The position numbers and the translations under genes are program-made. Below, piece by piece: positions 25,986 to 38,619 of a DNA stretch of 64,000 bases. The first letter of the stretch is position 1. Every line of letters begins with the position of its first letter. The notes beneath the pieces were generated by a model. That model ran no database searches. It had not been told where the DNA came from and saw nothing but the letters and a program-made list of their open reading frames with translations. The stretch is from Epiperipatus broadwayi. Its lineage: Eukaryota; Animalia; Onychophora. The DNA is taken from assembly GCA_028023455.1 (NCBI GenBank), contig JAQFVV010000004.1, positions 13,392,001 through 13,456,000 on the forward strand. Reading direction: 5' to 3'.

Positions 25986-28206
25986 GTTTTAACCTAATTA
26001 AAGGCATAAGATATTTCATCATTTGGAAATAGTTTCTACAACTATGTTAGCTGTACATATAATTTTTATTTTATCTAAATTATTGCATGGAAATAAACCA
26101 TGGACACCTATTGATCTAATACAAAGGCCTTAAAAAGTTTAACTCAAGAATTTCTCTATAAAATTTTAAAATACAAAGGCAAGACCGTAGAACCAATTAA
26201 TGTGTTCTTCTACATACTGAATATGTTATGATGTTCACTATTTTAAAATCACATTTTCATTAGATTGGACTATAAAATGACTAAAAAGGGGAAGAGGGTT
26301 TATGCCAAACTTGAGCATGGTTTTTCCGGAGATGTAAAACTTATTTACATTATAAGAATTATGTAAAAGACAAAGCTGTTTCCATTGGAAAAATATGATA
26401 GGGAATAAAATACATTGATCTTCCCAAAATATAAAATAAACAAAAGCATGAACCAGTATGTTTTATATATTGACGTATTTGTAGTTCACAGTTTGGGTTG
26501 TAATGTCTCTGCAAAAGTAATCTGTAGATCAGTTTTTCTTTCTTTTGTCCTCCCTTAAAATTGGAATGACCATATTTAACTATGAATAGCTGCTTTTTTA
26601 TAAATATAACCTAAGAGATATGAATGAAAACAGAACTTATAATTATCATAATATTGATTTTTCAAACAGCAGGATTCTATTATATAACCAAAGAAAAATC
26701 AGAGAAATCCTTTGAGATCCATTATAAAATCAAAATTTACCAACAAATATAATCAAACCTATTTGTAAAGTTTTTAAAAACAATTAATCAGAATTGTTAC
26801 TTTACTATCAATTTTTTCTTCTATTATCACCACCCCACTTCTTCCTCCAATTTCATAATTTAAGAATTTTTATTGGACGAATCTTTAATTTTATCATATG
26901 CATTGTTGGTTTCATGCCTCTACAACATTTTGTAAAACAACATTCCTTACGCAACTAAGGCAGGAGCAATCCAATGAAATCTTTCCTATATTAATACTGT
27001 TAATTATGTTCCGATGAATTTAGACAATATATTTTTTGCACATGTAAAACACAAATGAATATTTAAGAATAATTATCAAGTAAGAAAATTCTGCCTAATT
27101 ATAACTGCATAATAAATTAAAAGGATGAAATCTATTTTCTATAAATGAGAAAAAAAAATCAGTAGCTAAAATATCATCATATGTTCATTTTTATGTTTTC
27201 AAAACAAAAATGTTCCCATATTTGACACAACATATATATATATACTGCAACTTGTCAAAGTAACTTCAAGGATAATAACACTTTTTTAAAACTCAATTTC
27301 AAAACGTAAAATTTTAAAAGCTCGCAGATTTAATTATTCAACTTCTACGATTTAATTTATCAAAACCTTTTCAGACAAATTTAAAAATAAATATTATTAA
27401 GTATATTTTCTTGCTAAGACATTAAATCTGTTGTAAGAGGAAAAAATAGTTAATTGCATAATTTTAATGTAATAATGCTATTTCCAATCCTGCAAATACT
27501 AAAATTCTTTTATCCTTTAGCAGTCATTCAAAACGTCAGAAAAAAAAACCCTGGATAAAAAGACCAAACGTAAAATAATTATGAGATTTGGGAAAATAGT
27601 TTGTGTAAGACAAATAAAGCCACCTATATAAAATGCTGAATGTTTAGTTTGTATCTTGTAAATGATGCTGTCGCAACTTATGTGTCTTTTCTTCCTGAAA
27701 GACTTCAATGTCTTATTTAAACTAGATTTTCATTCTATTCTAGTCTCATTTATATTCACTCAGTGTAAAGAACAGTCTCTTTGATATATAATCTTTATAA
27801 AATAAGCAAAGTTTGCTTCTTCTATGAAAACAAACAAAACGATGCTCAATTCAGCATAAAGTAAAATATGATTTTAGGGAATTTATTCCATTCTTTTACT
27901 TCACATATCCAATTTAGTAATAGTAAATTTTGATCTTTTTTTTTTTGAATCTCAAAGAACAATCTTAGATAAAAGTTTCCAATGTCTTCTCACTTCCATA
28001 CAATAAGTTTAACAGTAATAATCCTATATTCAAGTAAAATATTTGAATATTTATGTCTGTATAATATAGATTTTTTTTTTTACCTTTTTAAATACAGCAG
28101 CAGCATGTTGTAGTATCTTCTGCATTTTCATATCCAAGTCGATGTTTTAAACAAAAAACATACCAAGATAAAACTTAAAATATCTCTGTCAGGAACCCCT
28201 CCCCAA

Positions 28207-28249
28207 ACCCCTGACCATGGTTTCGTGCTTTGGCACTCCTCAGAGAGGT
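28207..28249 (-). ncRNA. Minimal type I hammerhead ribozyme (family D), antisense copy
   Basis: Exact reverse complement of 28280-28322. Confidence 0.88.
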
Positions 28250-28279
28250 GTCAGGGTAGGTTCAGACACTAGATCTGAC

Positions 28280-28322
28280 ACCTCTCTGAGGAGTGCCAAA
28301 GCACGAAACCATGGTCAGGGGT
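28280..28322 (+). ncRNA. Minimal type I hammerhead ribozyme (family D), intact
   Basis: acctct CTGAGGA GTGC caaa GCAC GAAA CCATGG TC| aggggt: full core, 4-bp stem II closed by G-C, palindromic stem III ACCATGGT, GUC triplet (cut after 28316), 6-bp stem I. Confidence 0.88.
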
Positions 28323-29820
28323 TTGGGGAGGGGTTCCTGACAGAGATATTTTAAGTGCTGGCTCTGGCTAAGCATTTATCATAAAGCTTGTAGAGGAATT
28401 GGCAATCCTCACTGTTTATAACTTACAAGCTTAAGAGATAGGGTCATGTGATCTATGAATTGATCTATGACTTTTATTTTGACATACCAAGATATTTAAA
28501 TGATTCACAGTCTAGTAATAAAAAATCAATGATATGCAACAAATATTGCATAAAATCAACCATTGTAATAAAATTGAAGTTTGTTGTTGTCAATGTTATT
28601 GTTATTACGTAGTGCATGACATCAACAAATTATTGGCACCTGAGTAACATGGTTTTATGCCAAGTAAATCAATAGAAACAAAGCTCATTACAACATACAA
28701 CCATATTGCATACAATTGAAAACAATGTAGATTGGATGTTATCTATTTTGACATGTCAAAAGGCTTTTATAAACTTCATTGTAACATCTTTTTTACTAAA
28801 TTATGTAAACATGGTATAGCAAATAATCAAATTTGTTAGTATGAATTCTTTATAAAATCTAGAGCAGCTTTCATTAAGTTTATGATAAAAAATCTTTCCA
28901 ATATTATTGTTACCTTGAGTGCCTCAAGATAGTATTTTGGCTCCTTTACTTTTAAATATATATATTAATGACTTGAAAATCTGTTTCTGCAATATTTACA
29001 TCTGCATTTTACTTATGATTATAAGATTTTTAGACACATCTACTCTATTCATCATTAATAAAAAATCAAGTCAGATGTCACATGACTTAATTTAATAAAG
29101 CTCGTATTTACAAATGTTATATATAGAGTCTGCAAAATAAGCTCTTAACAAGCTTTGAGAATATCCTCAATTCCATACCGGTTTCTACTTCTGGCATCAT
29201 CAATGAGGTGCCAGGATATTCAATCATTAGATTAAAAATACTAGGACAAGCCCAGCACTTTAGCTAATGTATAACTATTGAGTAGAAAATCTGAAATTGT
29301 CTGATATCCATATGTCTTCCAATCCAGCTATCTAACTCAAATAGCCATATGGGACTGAACTAAGTTCAGATACACCATATATTAATAGACTTAGCAATAT
29401 GAAAGTGCCAAAGCTTATTTTGCAAGCTCTACATATAACATTTATAAATACGAGCTTTATTAAATTAAGTCGTGTGACATCTGACTTGATTTTTTTATTT
29501 TATTTTTTGCTATTAAAGCTTTGGTGGTTTTATATTGCTAAGGTGATTAATATATGGTGTATCTGAACTTAGTTCAGTCCCATATGGCTATTTGAGTTAG
29601 ATAGCTGGATTGGAAGACATATGGATGTCTGATAATTTTAGATTTTCTACTCAATAATGATTGAATATCACATGATCACATTTCCTATACTAGCACATTA
29701 ATTGTTGATAAAGAGAGCAAAACTCTCCATACAGTATTGCCACCTGTGCTAAACAGAGTAATCAATGGATGCCAGAAGGTTTGTGCATAAAATCCCTATC
29801 TAATGCCTACTCATCCAATA

Positions 29821-29862
29821 TCCCCAGACTAGTTTCTGGCTTGTGGCCTTCATCAGTGAGGA
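29821..29862 (-). ncRNA. Minimal type I hammerhead ribozyme (family A)
   Basis: Minus strand tcctca CTGATGA a GGC cacaa GCC a GAAA CTAG TC| tgggga; palindromic ACTAGT; an A/A mismatch rather than a canonical pair at the base of stem II. Confidence 0.75.
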
Positions 29863-30604
29863 GCTTTGGATCTGAGAGCACTGCATCTAGATCTTAGGAT
29901 CTAATGCAACCCTCTAGCAAACACCTTTTATCTCTACTTAACTACAAAACTATGAGAATGAAATTAAAAACACAAAAAATATTTTCAATCTAAGCTCAAT
30001 AGCTTATATACTCATATGGGTCTGAACTCAGTTCAGCACCCATACATTTTGATGTCTTTGGCTCTTTTACAACCATAGCCACCACTATCCTATTAGGCAG
30101 GATTGGTATTAAACCATTTAGCATCACATGATCACATTTCCTATACTAGCACATTAATTGTTGATAAACAGAGCAAAACTCTCCATACAGTATTGCCAAC
30201 TGTGCTAAACAGAGTAATCAATGGATGCCAGAAGGCTTGTGCATAAAATCCCTATCTAATGCCTACTCATCCAATATCCCCAGACTAGTTTTGCTCTGTT
30301 TATCAACAATTAATGTGCTAGTATAGGAAATGTGATCATGTGATGCTTAATGGTTTAATACCAATCCTGCCTAAGAGGATAGTGGTGGCTATGGTTGTAA
30401 AAGAGCCAAAGACACCAAAATGTATGGGTGCTGAACTGAATTCAGACCTATATGACTATATAAGCTATTGAGCTTAGATTGAAAATATTTTTTTGTGTTT
30501 TCAATTTATTCTCATAGTTTTGTAGTTAAGTAGAGATAAAAGGTGGTTGCTAGAGGGTTGCATTAGATCCTAAGATCTAGATGCAGTGCTCTTAGATCCA
30601 AAGC

Positions 30605-30646
30605 TCCTCACTGACAAAGGACACAAGCTAGAAACTAGTCTGGGGA
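30605..30646 (+). ncRNA. Decayed HHR (family A)
   Basis: Core reads CTGACAA (G8 lost); stem II disrupted. Confidence 0.55.
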
Positions 30647-31173
30647 TATTGGATGAGTAGGCATTAGATAGGGATTTTATGCACAAGCCTTCTGGCATCC
30701 ATTGATTACTCTGTTTAGCACAGGTGGCAATACTGTATGGAGAGTTTTGCTCTGTTTATGATTGAATATCCTGGCACCTCACTGTCAAAAGCAGAAATCA
30801 GTCTGGGGTTAAGGATATTTTCACAGCTTGTTAAGAGTTTATTTTGCAAGCTCTATATATAACTATTCATCATTGTAAATTATTTCATTATGATATCAAT
30901 AGTTTTCTAAATGGTGTAAAAAACGATAGTCATTGTAGACAAATGCTTTTCTATACCTTACTTTAACAAGTCTGAAATTCTAAGATATAAATATTATATT
31001 AATAATCCTAAAATACATTCTGCTGATACTCTTTGGAATATGGAATGTCTGTATATATAATTTAGTAAAAATAAAGTGTATTTATAGGTAGATGAGCATG
31101 AATTATTTTCACTCATAATTATTGCCTAAAAATCACTCTAGAAACTAATAAAAAGAGCACTGCAACTAAAATA

Positions 31174-33080
31174 TGTTACAAGACCCTTGTATGTAAATTA
31201 GAGCATTAGAAAAAACTGGCAAGGCTGTGAAAGAGCTACTCGAGCTGAAATGAGACTGAATCTGTTGGAGTTATTTTAATGGCACTAAGGCAGAAGAAGC
31301 AGCACTGTAAGGTTGGACAAAATGGTTCTAAAGAAAGTGTAAAATGTTAGAACTCTGTTGGACCATTTGAAAAAATGAGTAGTGGTTATTCTTATTGTTA
31401 TTATTTATGCGTGAAGTTTAAACTTTCTAGTTTAACATCTGTCTTAAAATAAATGTCAATAAACACTATTATCTATCTGTTCTGTATATACTATGTGATT
31501 TATTATCATTCTCTGAATGATCTTTAGAGACCTACAGAACATAGCAGACTGGTGCGAATTGTTAGTAGAGACAGCCAGTGAAATAAAAAAGATAAAATTA
31601 GCAAACAACACAGGATAACTTTTATTGCAAATAATGGTGGCACTAAATTCTATAATTCATGAATTTGATATAAATAATGACTTGTGGGCACTCTTTTACT
31701 TTGCAGGACCAGACATTATACAGCTTATGAATAAATTAACTGATTCTAAAAGTCTAGAAAACCCTCCATATAAAGAAGTTATAGAAGTACTGAATGGATG
31801 TTTTGCACTGAGAATATCCAAATGGATAGCATATCTGAGATCGGGAAACCAATTACCAAAAGAAAAAATATGTTGATTATGATCTTGCCTTGAGAAAGTT
31901 ATCTAAAAATTGTGAGTTCAGACCTGAAATAAATGACTCTTTACTGGAACAATTTTTATATAGAATGGCAAATGAAAGTTTCAGAAAAGTACTGCTGATT
32001 GACCCTAATTTAAATTATAAACTCACCATGGATAAATGCATCACCCAAGAAACTATATTAAGTAATGCCTCTGAGTATGAATTGCATCAACAGTTAGAAA
32101 AAATTTCCATCACTAATGAAAAATTAAAGAAAAATTTCCCAATTCCCAGTGGAGTTCTAAAAAAAGAAGAAACATGCTATTGCTATGGGAATTTTAGATA
32201 TTTAAAAATTAACTGCAAGCATAAAGATAAAATTTGCAAAAACTGTGAGTCTAAAGGATATTTGGCATCTGTCTATCATTTCAAAGATTGCAGAGCTATT
32301 AATAAGAAAAATACAGATCATACATCTTGGGGAGAAATGGAGCATAGGAAAACCAATATAAAACATTAAATAATAACAAAATGGACCCCATATTATTAGG
32401 GAAGGAGATCTGTGGCAAACGAGTAATGCTGGAAGTTGACAGTGGAGCTACATTGTCACTGATGTTATATAAAGAATGGATTAAAAGTAATAAAAACCAT
32501 AAAAAATCATGCTTAAAAGTCAGATGTGATGGTGTCACAGTTAACAGAAACAAAGTTGACATTCATAGAAAAGTTGTAGACCCTTCAAGGCTGAATTTGA
32601 GGTGAAGGTTTTTTTATGTTGCAAGTGATAAATAAAGAGTTAGGTTCAACTGCTTGGAAAAAACTGGTTTTGACCTCTAGGTATACACTTAAAAATATTA
32701 AAAACATTTCAAGTAGAAACTCTTTTAAAAAAAAATACCCAGGGTTATTTAAATCTGGATCTCCTGAACTAAGAACTAAACCAATGAATGTGGAATTGAT
32801 GAAAGATATACAACCAATCATATGTAAGTCTAGAAAAGTATTGTTTTCATTGAGATAAATTTGAAAAAACACTGGGTGAGTTAGTCTGTAAAGGAGTGGC
32901 CATACCAGTAGTAGATGGAAGCCTGAAATTGTGTGAATATTATAGCTGATCTGAACAAATTCATAAACAAAGGATCCAACATTGTTTTTTTAAGAAGTTG
33001 GCACAATGGCATTAAACAGTGTGATTTTTTCTTCATAAAACTTTTGTAAAAGTTCAAAAGTTCTAGGAATGCCCACAATT
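31174..33080 (+). mobile_element. Second, older Mag-like gypsy element (LTR ~31174-31541, gag-PR-RT relic)
   Basis: ALFYFAGPDIIQL (homologous to gag at 23083), CYCYGNFRYLKINC/CKNCESKGYLASV knuckle relics, MLEVDSGATLSLM protease, RTKPMNVELMKDIQPIICKSRKV RT start. Confidence 0.8.
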
Positions 33081-33145
33081 CTTTTACATTTTTAGGCTTC
33101 TCAGTATTTATTATGACTTACTTTATCAGGGTCTGGGTATGTCCA

Positions 33146-34113
33146 AATTTCCAAAATCTTTTAATCAGTTGTGATTAAAAAAAATCTAAAGTTAAGCATT
33201 GTCTACATAAATTATGTAATCAAATTAATTAGTGTGGAATGCAAAAATTTCTTAATTAAAAACATGGCTTATTTGAAATAGGTATAAGAATTTCTTAATT
33301 AAAAAAATGTGCGAGAACAATCAAATGCAAATCTTATAAAAGCTCCCCAAAATTTATTGTGTCATTAGATTCTATTAAATTCTATTCTATGCTTTTTTCT
33401 GTGCATTAATTGATTTATTCATGCTAATATTCAAAACACTGGGACTTTTCATTCTACTACCCAAGCTACACTCATCACCAGTAATCCCTTCAAATTTAGG
33501 AGACTTTATTAATACCATGCAATTAGCTCATTGCAAGAGACTTGCAGTTTTATAAAAATAAAGCTACAAATAATTCATAGTAGCATTCTCCAAAATATCT
33601 AACAATATGATTCTTACTAAGTCAGACTCTGCACCCTGAGCCTAAGTTCATCCTCCAGCATAAAGCTGACCTTCTGAAATGCCAATCTACATTGAAACCT
33701 CTGTCTCTCAAATAATCAATATCAAGAGACACCTACCAAAATCAATAAATTACATACTTATCATTCAAAAAATTATCAGAAAGCAAAGTGACACACTGAT
33801 AGACTTTAGTGGTAATAAGAACCTTATTTATAGTCCATAAGCCAGGCCTTATCCAATTTTTACCTATATAAACTTGTATTCTGAATTTAAACTAATTACT
33901 TTTAGATTTAAACATTAGAATTTACTAATATTAATAATTTATTATTAATATAAAGTTTTTTTGTATATGTGTTCTTCATGTATGAGTTGATTTTTTTAGT
34001 TATGAAAGATTTTAGAGATACATGCTCAATAGACCTTAAGTTACTTTTAAAATTTTATACTGTTGAATGACAAAATATTTGTAAGTGTAAATTTCTATTT
34101 TAAATTAAATCAG
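33146..34113 (+). mobile_element. CR1/L2-like LINE 3' fragment, copy 1
   Basis: YPSYTH..SLQI*ETL...DLQFYK...HSPKYL...L..P.F.L C-terminal pattern; aligns end to end with 38705-39730. Confidence 0.6.
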
Positions 34114-34227
34114 TTTTATAATTCTTTGCTATTAGAAATGGTGTAAAACTAATGGCAAATTAAATACTCATTAAATAAAATAAAATGAAAAATTCATAAA
34201 CTAATATTTTCCTAGAAGAAATATTTA

Positions 34228-34638
34228 TTAAACAATTCAAAACAAAGCAAAACTCTCCATATAGTAGTGCCATCTTGTGCTAACAAGAGCAATCAATGGA
34301 TGCCAGAAGGCATGTGCATAAAATCCCTATCTAGTGCCTACTCATCCAATATCCCTAGACTAGTTTCTGTCTTGTGGCCTTCATCAGTGAGAAGCCTTGG
34401 ATCTGAGAGCACACCTAGATCTTAGGCTCCTCACTGATGAAGGCCACAAGCCAGAAACTAGTCTGGGAATATTGGATGAGTATGCACTAGATAGGGATTT
34501 TATGCACGTGCCTTCTGGCATCCATTGATTGCTCATGTTAGCACAAGATGGCACTACTATATGGAGTTTTGCTTTGTTTTGAATTGTTTAATAAAAATTA
34601 TGTGCTAGTATGAGATAGTGATCATGTGATGTTTAGTA
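34228..34638. mobile_element. HHR family A fold-back insertion
   Basis: 12-bp TSD aagaaatattta (34216-34227, 34639-34650); arms ~34228-34397 and ~34424-34595 plus a ~43-nt tail ending gtgatcatgtgatgtttagta; HHRs at 34352-34393(-) and 34428-34469(+). Confidence 0.85.
34428..34469 (+). ncRNA. Minimal type I HHR (family A)
   Basis: tcctca CTGATGA aggccacaagcca GAAA CTAGTC| tgggaa. Confidence 0.75.
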
Positions 34639-34768
34639 AAGAAATATTTACTTGTGTCTTAAAATACTCATTATTTATATGTATACAATAAGTATTGAAA
34701 TATAAAAGTCAGACTTGTACAGGCTGTCATATCTTATACATTAACAGATTGCATATGACTTTGGGTGT

Positions 34769-34948
34769 TGGGTGCAATAGGAAGCCCATTATAAGTCTAC
34801 TGTATCTCTTTTGTGTGGCCTGAGTTTGATCACACTGCACTGGCCCTTAATATATTGTACAGGTAGTGGGTGCAATGGGACATCCCATTATAAGTCCACT
34901 GTATATGTTTTGTGTGGCCTGGATTTGATCGCATCACACTGGGCCTTA
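34769..34948. repeat. Imperfect ~98-bp tandem duplication
   Basis: tgggtgcaat..cccattataagtc.actgtat...gtgtggcctg..tttgatc...actgg.cctta occurs at 34769 and 34867. Confidence 0.8.
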
Positions 34949-35769
34949 GCAAATCATATGAGTCTGCATGGGTTAGTAATGATAATAAGAAAAGTTAGTT
35001 TAAAATGTATGCAATATAAAGATCCTTTCATGATCAGTGTTTATAAAACCCTGATAGTGTTTGTTTTTACTAGGATTTAGTATAGATAAATATAATGGTA
35101 TGAAACAACTATACAAATGGGTCTTACCTAATGTGTAACCATACATGAAGGACTATTATTTTATTTTATTTCATTTTACTTTGGTGTGGGGTTATTTTAT
35201 ATTTTATAATAAAAATCAATAATTAATAAATATTATTTTGATTATTTCTAAGATGAGTTAGCATCAGGAGCAATTATATTAAATTATGTCTACATTATCA
35301 TATATTCAGTCACACAAATAAAATTTCCAAACTGGTGTGCTGGTTTGGTGGTGACTTCAAGTGATTAGACATATGATGTCTGGCACATAAGGCATTTTAT
35401 TTAAATGATAGTTTGGTGGTTTATCAGCATAAATTTAATTATAAACCCAATGGAGATTTTTTCTGAAACATTTGGTAGAACATATTAGGAATATGTTGAC
35501 AAAATTAGGTATTAAGAAGAACATAAAAGGTCAGTCAGTGATATGTATGAAAATGGAGAGTGGTTTAGAGTGGAGTTCATCATTTAAAGCATTGGTTATT
35601 AATAAAAGTAACCATACATAAATAAATTAACATTTTGAGTATCAGAAAAATATATTCTAATAAGAAATTAATTAATGAATGAAGTTACAGTTAGTTTTTT
35701 GTTTTGAAATAGGAAAGTTTAGTTTTTAAAATAAATAAATTTTGTTATGCTCTTTTGTTTTTAAATACA

Positions 35770-37140
35770 GAAACAAAATTAAAATGATCAAATGATACCT
35801 GAGGAGACAGAATTGAAAGAAGGTAGTCCCATTACTTTTAAAAACTCTGAAGTGGTAAGAAAAAGCAGACATCCCACAGAGATGCAAGTGCTGATGAGTG
35901 TGATATTGGACATGAGACAAAGTCAGCAATCAATGATGCAAGAGATAAAAAAATTAAACAAGATAGACAAGATGTGATGGAACAAATGGTGAAGAAATTA
36001 AGCGTAAATCAACATGATTTAATGGGAAAATTAAATCAAAATCAACATCAATGAAACAGGAGTTAATAGAAATGAAGCAGGAAGTCATGGATATGATAAA
36101 TCAAAATCAGAAAGCAATAGAGATAGTAGAGAAAAATTTAAGTAAAGTGATTTAGGAAGTAGAACTGGAAATAAAGCTAGTGAAAGAAGTTGTTAGTGAA
36201 ATTAGAGAAGAATTAAGATTAGAAAGAATAAGAATACACACTGTAGAATAAAAAATAGTACAGATAGATGGGATATGAGAGGATAGTAAGGAGATGAATA
36301 AAGTTTTGCTATATCAGTTGAATATGCTTAAAGAAGACAGATTCCCAGATGAAATAAAAGATAGAATGGAAGAAACCCAGAATAAAGAAATAATAAGAAA
36401 AGAGCATGAAAAAGAATTTCAGAGTAAACTTTATTATGTTAAAAGTAAGTTTATAATGTACAATGAATGATCAGGTGTGAGTTTATTAGTTATTTTTAGT
36501 ACTTTAGTTATAATACTGATTCCTACAGAATAAAAGAACAGAATATAGGAGTAGATAGTTTTGTGGAAACCCTAAGTAATATGATAGGTAGTGTTAAAAG
36601 ACTGTGGGATAAGCAAGGTAGAAAAATGTGGAAATATTTTCACATATTAATGCCTATGTCAGTAATAGGACATATGAAGTTTTTAGACAGAGAAGTGGTG
36701 GTAGAAAGTTGCCGATGATGGCACAAATGTGGATAGACAATCATGAGTTTAATTTTATACAAACAAGTAAATAGATCATTTATCATCAAATTATCAAGGC
36801 ATTCTTAAAAATATATTATAATAGTGGCTAAAAGTCTGAGTATGATAAAATTAAGTAACCAGATTAAAATGGAAAAGAAGAAAACAGAATCTCCAGATAG
36901 AGATCAAAGAGAAAAGAAAGAGATGGTAAATTCAGAGAAAAAGACAGTAAAAGTAAATAGTTAGTTGACAGTAAAGTTCAATGGACAGATAGCAGTACAA
37001 ATGTTCTGCAAATTTTAACTTTGTTATATCTAAAGTTTTAAATGTTTTTTTAAAAATTAAAGAAATGAAGATTTCATGTTTTTTTTCTGTGGTGTAAGAA
37101 GCAGTTGAGTCCGACATTTTGCTATGACTGAAATATATAT
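35770..37140 (+). pseudogene. Decayed coiled-coil gag-like sequence (probable gypsy relic)
   Basis: Purine-rich, E/K/Q/M-rich frameshifted frames (MIPEETELKEG...MQEIKKL) followed by WISKVEKC-like gag motif ~36605. Confidence 0.4.
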
Positions 37141-37311
37141 GTGGACAAATCAGTAAGTTCTGCTAAAATTCTACTTTTAAATTAATTAATTTAATTTTTT
37201 TTTATTAAATGTGTGTTATAAAAGTGTGATCTTATGTATATAAATGCACACACACAAATATGTAATATATTTATTGTATTTACTAAAGGAATGTAATATT
37301 TTCTTATATAA

Positions 37312-38345
37312 ATGTCCTCTTTAGTATTATTCTTGCTATTAGATGTCTTCTTTCATATTTTTCTTGCTATTGGATGTCTTCTTTCATATTTTTCTTGCTA
37401 TTGGATGTCTTCTTTCGTATTTTTCTTGCTATTAGATGTTTTCTTTAGATGTCCTCTTTCATATTATTCTTGCTATTAGATGTCTTCTTTCGTACTTTTC
37501 TTGCTATTGCACATCTTCTTTTGTATTTTTCTTGCTATTGGAAGTCTTTCGTATTTTTCTTGCTATTATATGTTTTCTTTAGATGTCCTCTTTAGTATTA
37601 TTCTTGCTATTAGATGTCTTCTTTTGTATTTTTTTTGCTATTAGATGTTTTTTTTAGATGTCCTCTTTAGTATTATTCTTGCTATTAGATGTCTTTCATA
37701 TTTTTCTTGCTATTGGATGTCTTCTTTTGTATTTTTCTTGTTATTAGATGTCTTCTGTCATATTTTTCTTGCTATTAAATGTTTTTTTTTAGATGTCCTC
37801 TTTAGTATTATTCTTGCTATTAGATGTCTTCTTTCGTATTTTTATTGCTATTAGATATTTTCTTTAGATATCCTCTTTAGTATTATTCTTGCTATTAGAT
37901 ATCTTTTGTATTTTTCTTGCTATTGGATGTCTTCTTTAGTATTTTTCTTGCTATTAGATGTTTTTTAGATGTCCTCTTTAGTATTATTCTTGCTATTAGA
38001 TGTCTTCTTTTGTATTTTTCTTGCTATTCGATGTTTTCTTTAGATGTCCTCTTTAGTATTATTCTTGCTATTATATGTCTTTCGTATTTTTCTTGCTATT
38101 GGATGTCTTCTTTCATATTTTTCTTGCTATTAGATTGTCTTCTTTCATATTTTTCTTGCTATTAGATGCTTTTTTAGATGTCCTCTTTAGTATTATTCTT
38201 GCTATTAGATGTCTTCTTTTATATTTTTCTTGCTATTGGATGTCTTCTTTCATAGTTTTCTTGCTACTGTGTTCTTTAGTATTATTCTTGTTATGTCTGC
38301 TGAAATCTTTAGTATTATTTTTTATTATTCTTGTTATTACATGTC
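37312..38345. repeat. Minisatellite with ~31-bp units and a higher-order pattern
   Basis: Alternating gatgtcctctttagtattattcttgctatta and gatgtcttctttcatatttttcttgctattg units plus a 13-bp gatgttttcttta half-unit; explains spurious ORFs 37645-38497. Confidence 0.95.
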
Positions 38346-38438
38346 TTATACTATTTATTTATTATAGTAATTTTTTTTCAGAAAAGAGAAACATGGTGTC
38401 TGATGTTTACCAGATGGCTGGCTTCTTTATTATTTTTT

Positions 38439-38619
38439 TTGCTATGACATATTATCCCGAAGATGCTGCTACTCTAATCTTCCAATCTTTAACATAATGC
38501 CTCCATGTGATCTTTGGACAAATTTTAGTGATTAACATTGTCTGGAAATCACTAGGAGACGTTATCTTATAGATCGGAAGATTAGAGTAGTATGTCTTTG
38601 GGGTAATATGTCATAGCAA
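38439..38619. repeat. Imperfect ~50-bp inverted repeat next to the minisatellite
   Basis: ttgctatgacatattatcccgaagatgctgctactctaatcttccaatct versus its reverse complement at 38571-38619. Confidence 0.8.

Larger units (their letters stand above)
28173..28355. repeat. Near-perfect fold-back insertion (82/81-bp arms, 20-nt spacer), HHR family D
   Basis: Arms 28173-28254 and 28275-28355 are reverse complements with a single 1-nt indel. Confidence 0.95.
29670..30757. mobile_element. HHR family A insertion: 456-nt tandem unit plus inverted arm (~1.1-kb palindrome)
   Basis: 13-bp TSD atgattgaatatc (29657-29669, 30758-30770); catgatcacatttcc recurs 456 bp apart; arms ~29713-30175 and ~30291-30757. 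Confidence 0.85.
29057..30862. mobile_element. Non-coding PLE/retrozyme-like element, HHR family C (tandem plus inverted blocks, ~330-nt unit)
   Basis: 12-bp TSD ctattcatcatt (29045-29056, 30863-30874); inverted pairs ~29060-29143/29412-29497 and ~29276-29400/29532-29656; HHR relics 29171-29208(-) and 30777-30808(+) giving consensus CCTCA CTGATGA TGC CAAAA GCA GAAA CCGG TC TGGGG. Confidence 0.7.
28630..31130 (+). mobile_element. CR1/L2-like RT fragment interrupted by nested insertions at 29057-30862
   Basis: HGFMPSKSIETKL, VIYFDMSK, VPQDSILAPLLLNIYINDL before 29045; DINSFLN..K..S.....KC resumes after 30875. Confidence 0.7.

Noticed and set aside
37312-38345. CRISPR-like array or membrane-protein ORFs (37645-38497)
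   Set aside because: No unique spacers; units are contiguous tandem variants in eukaryotic DNA.
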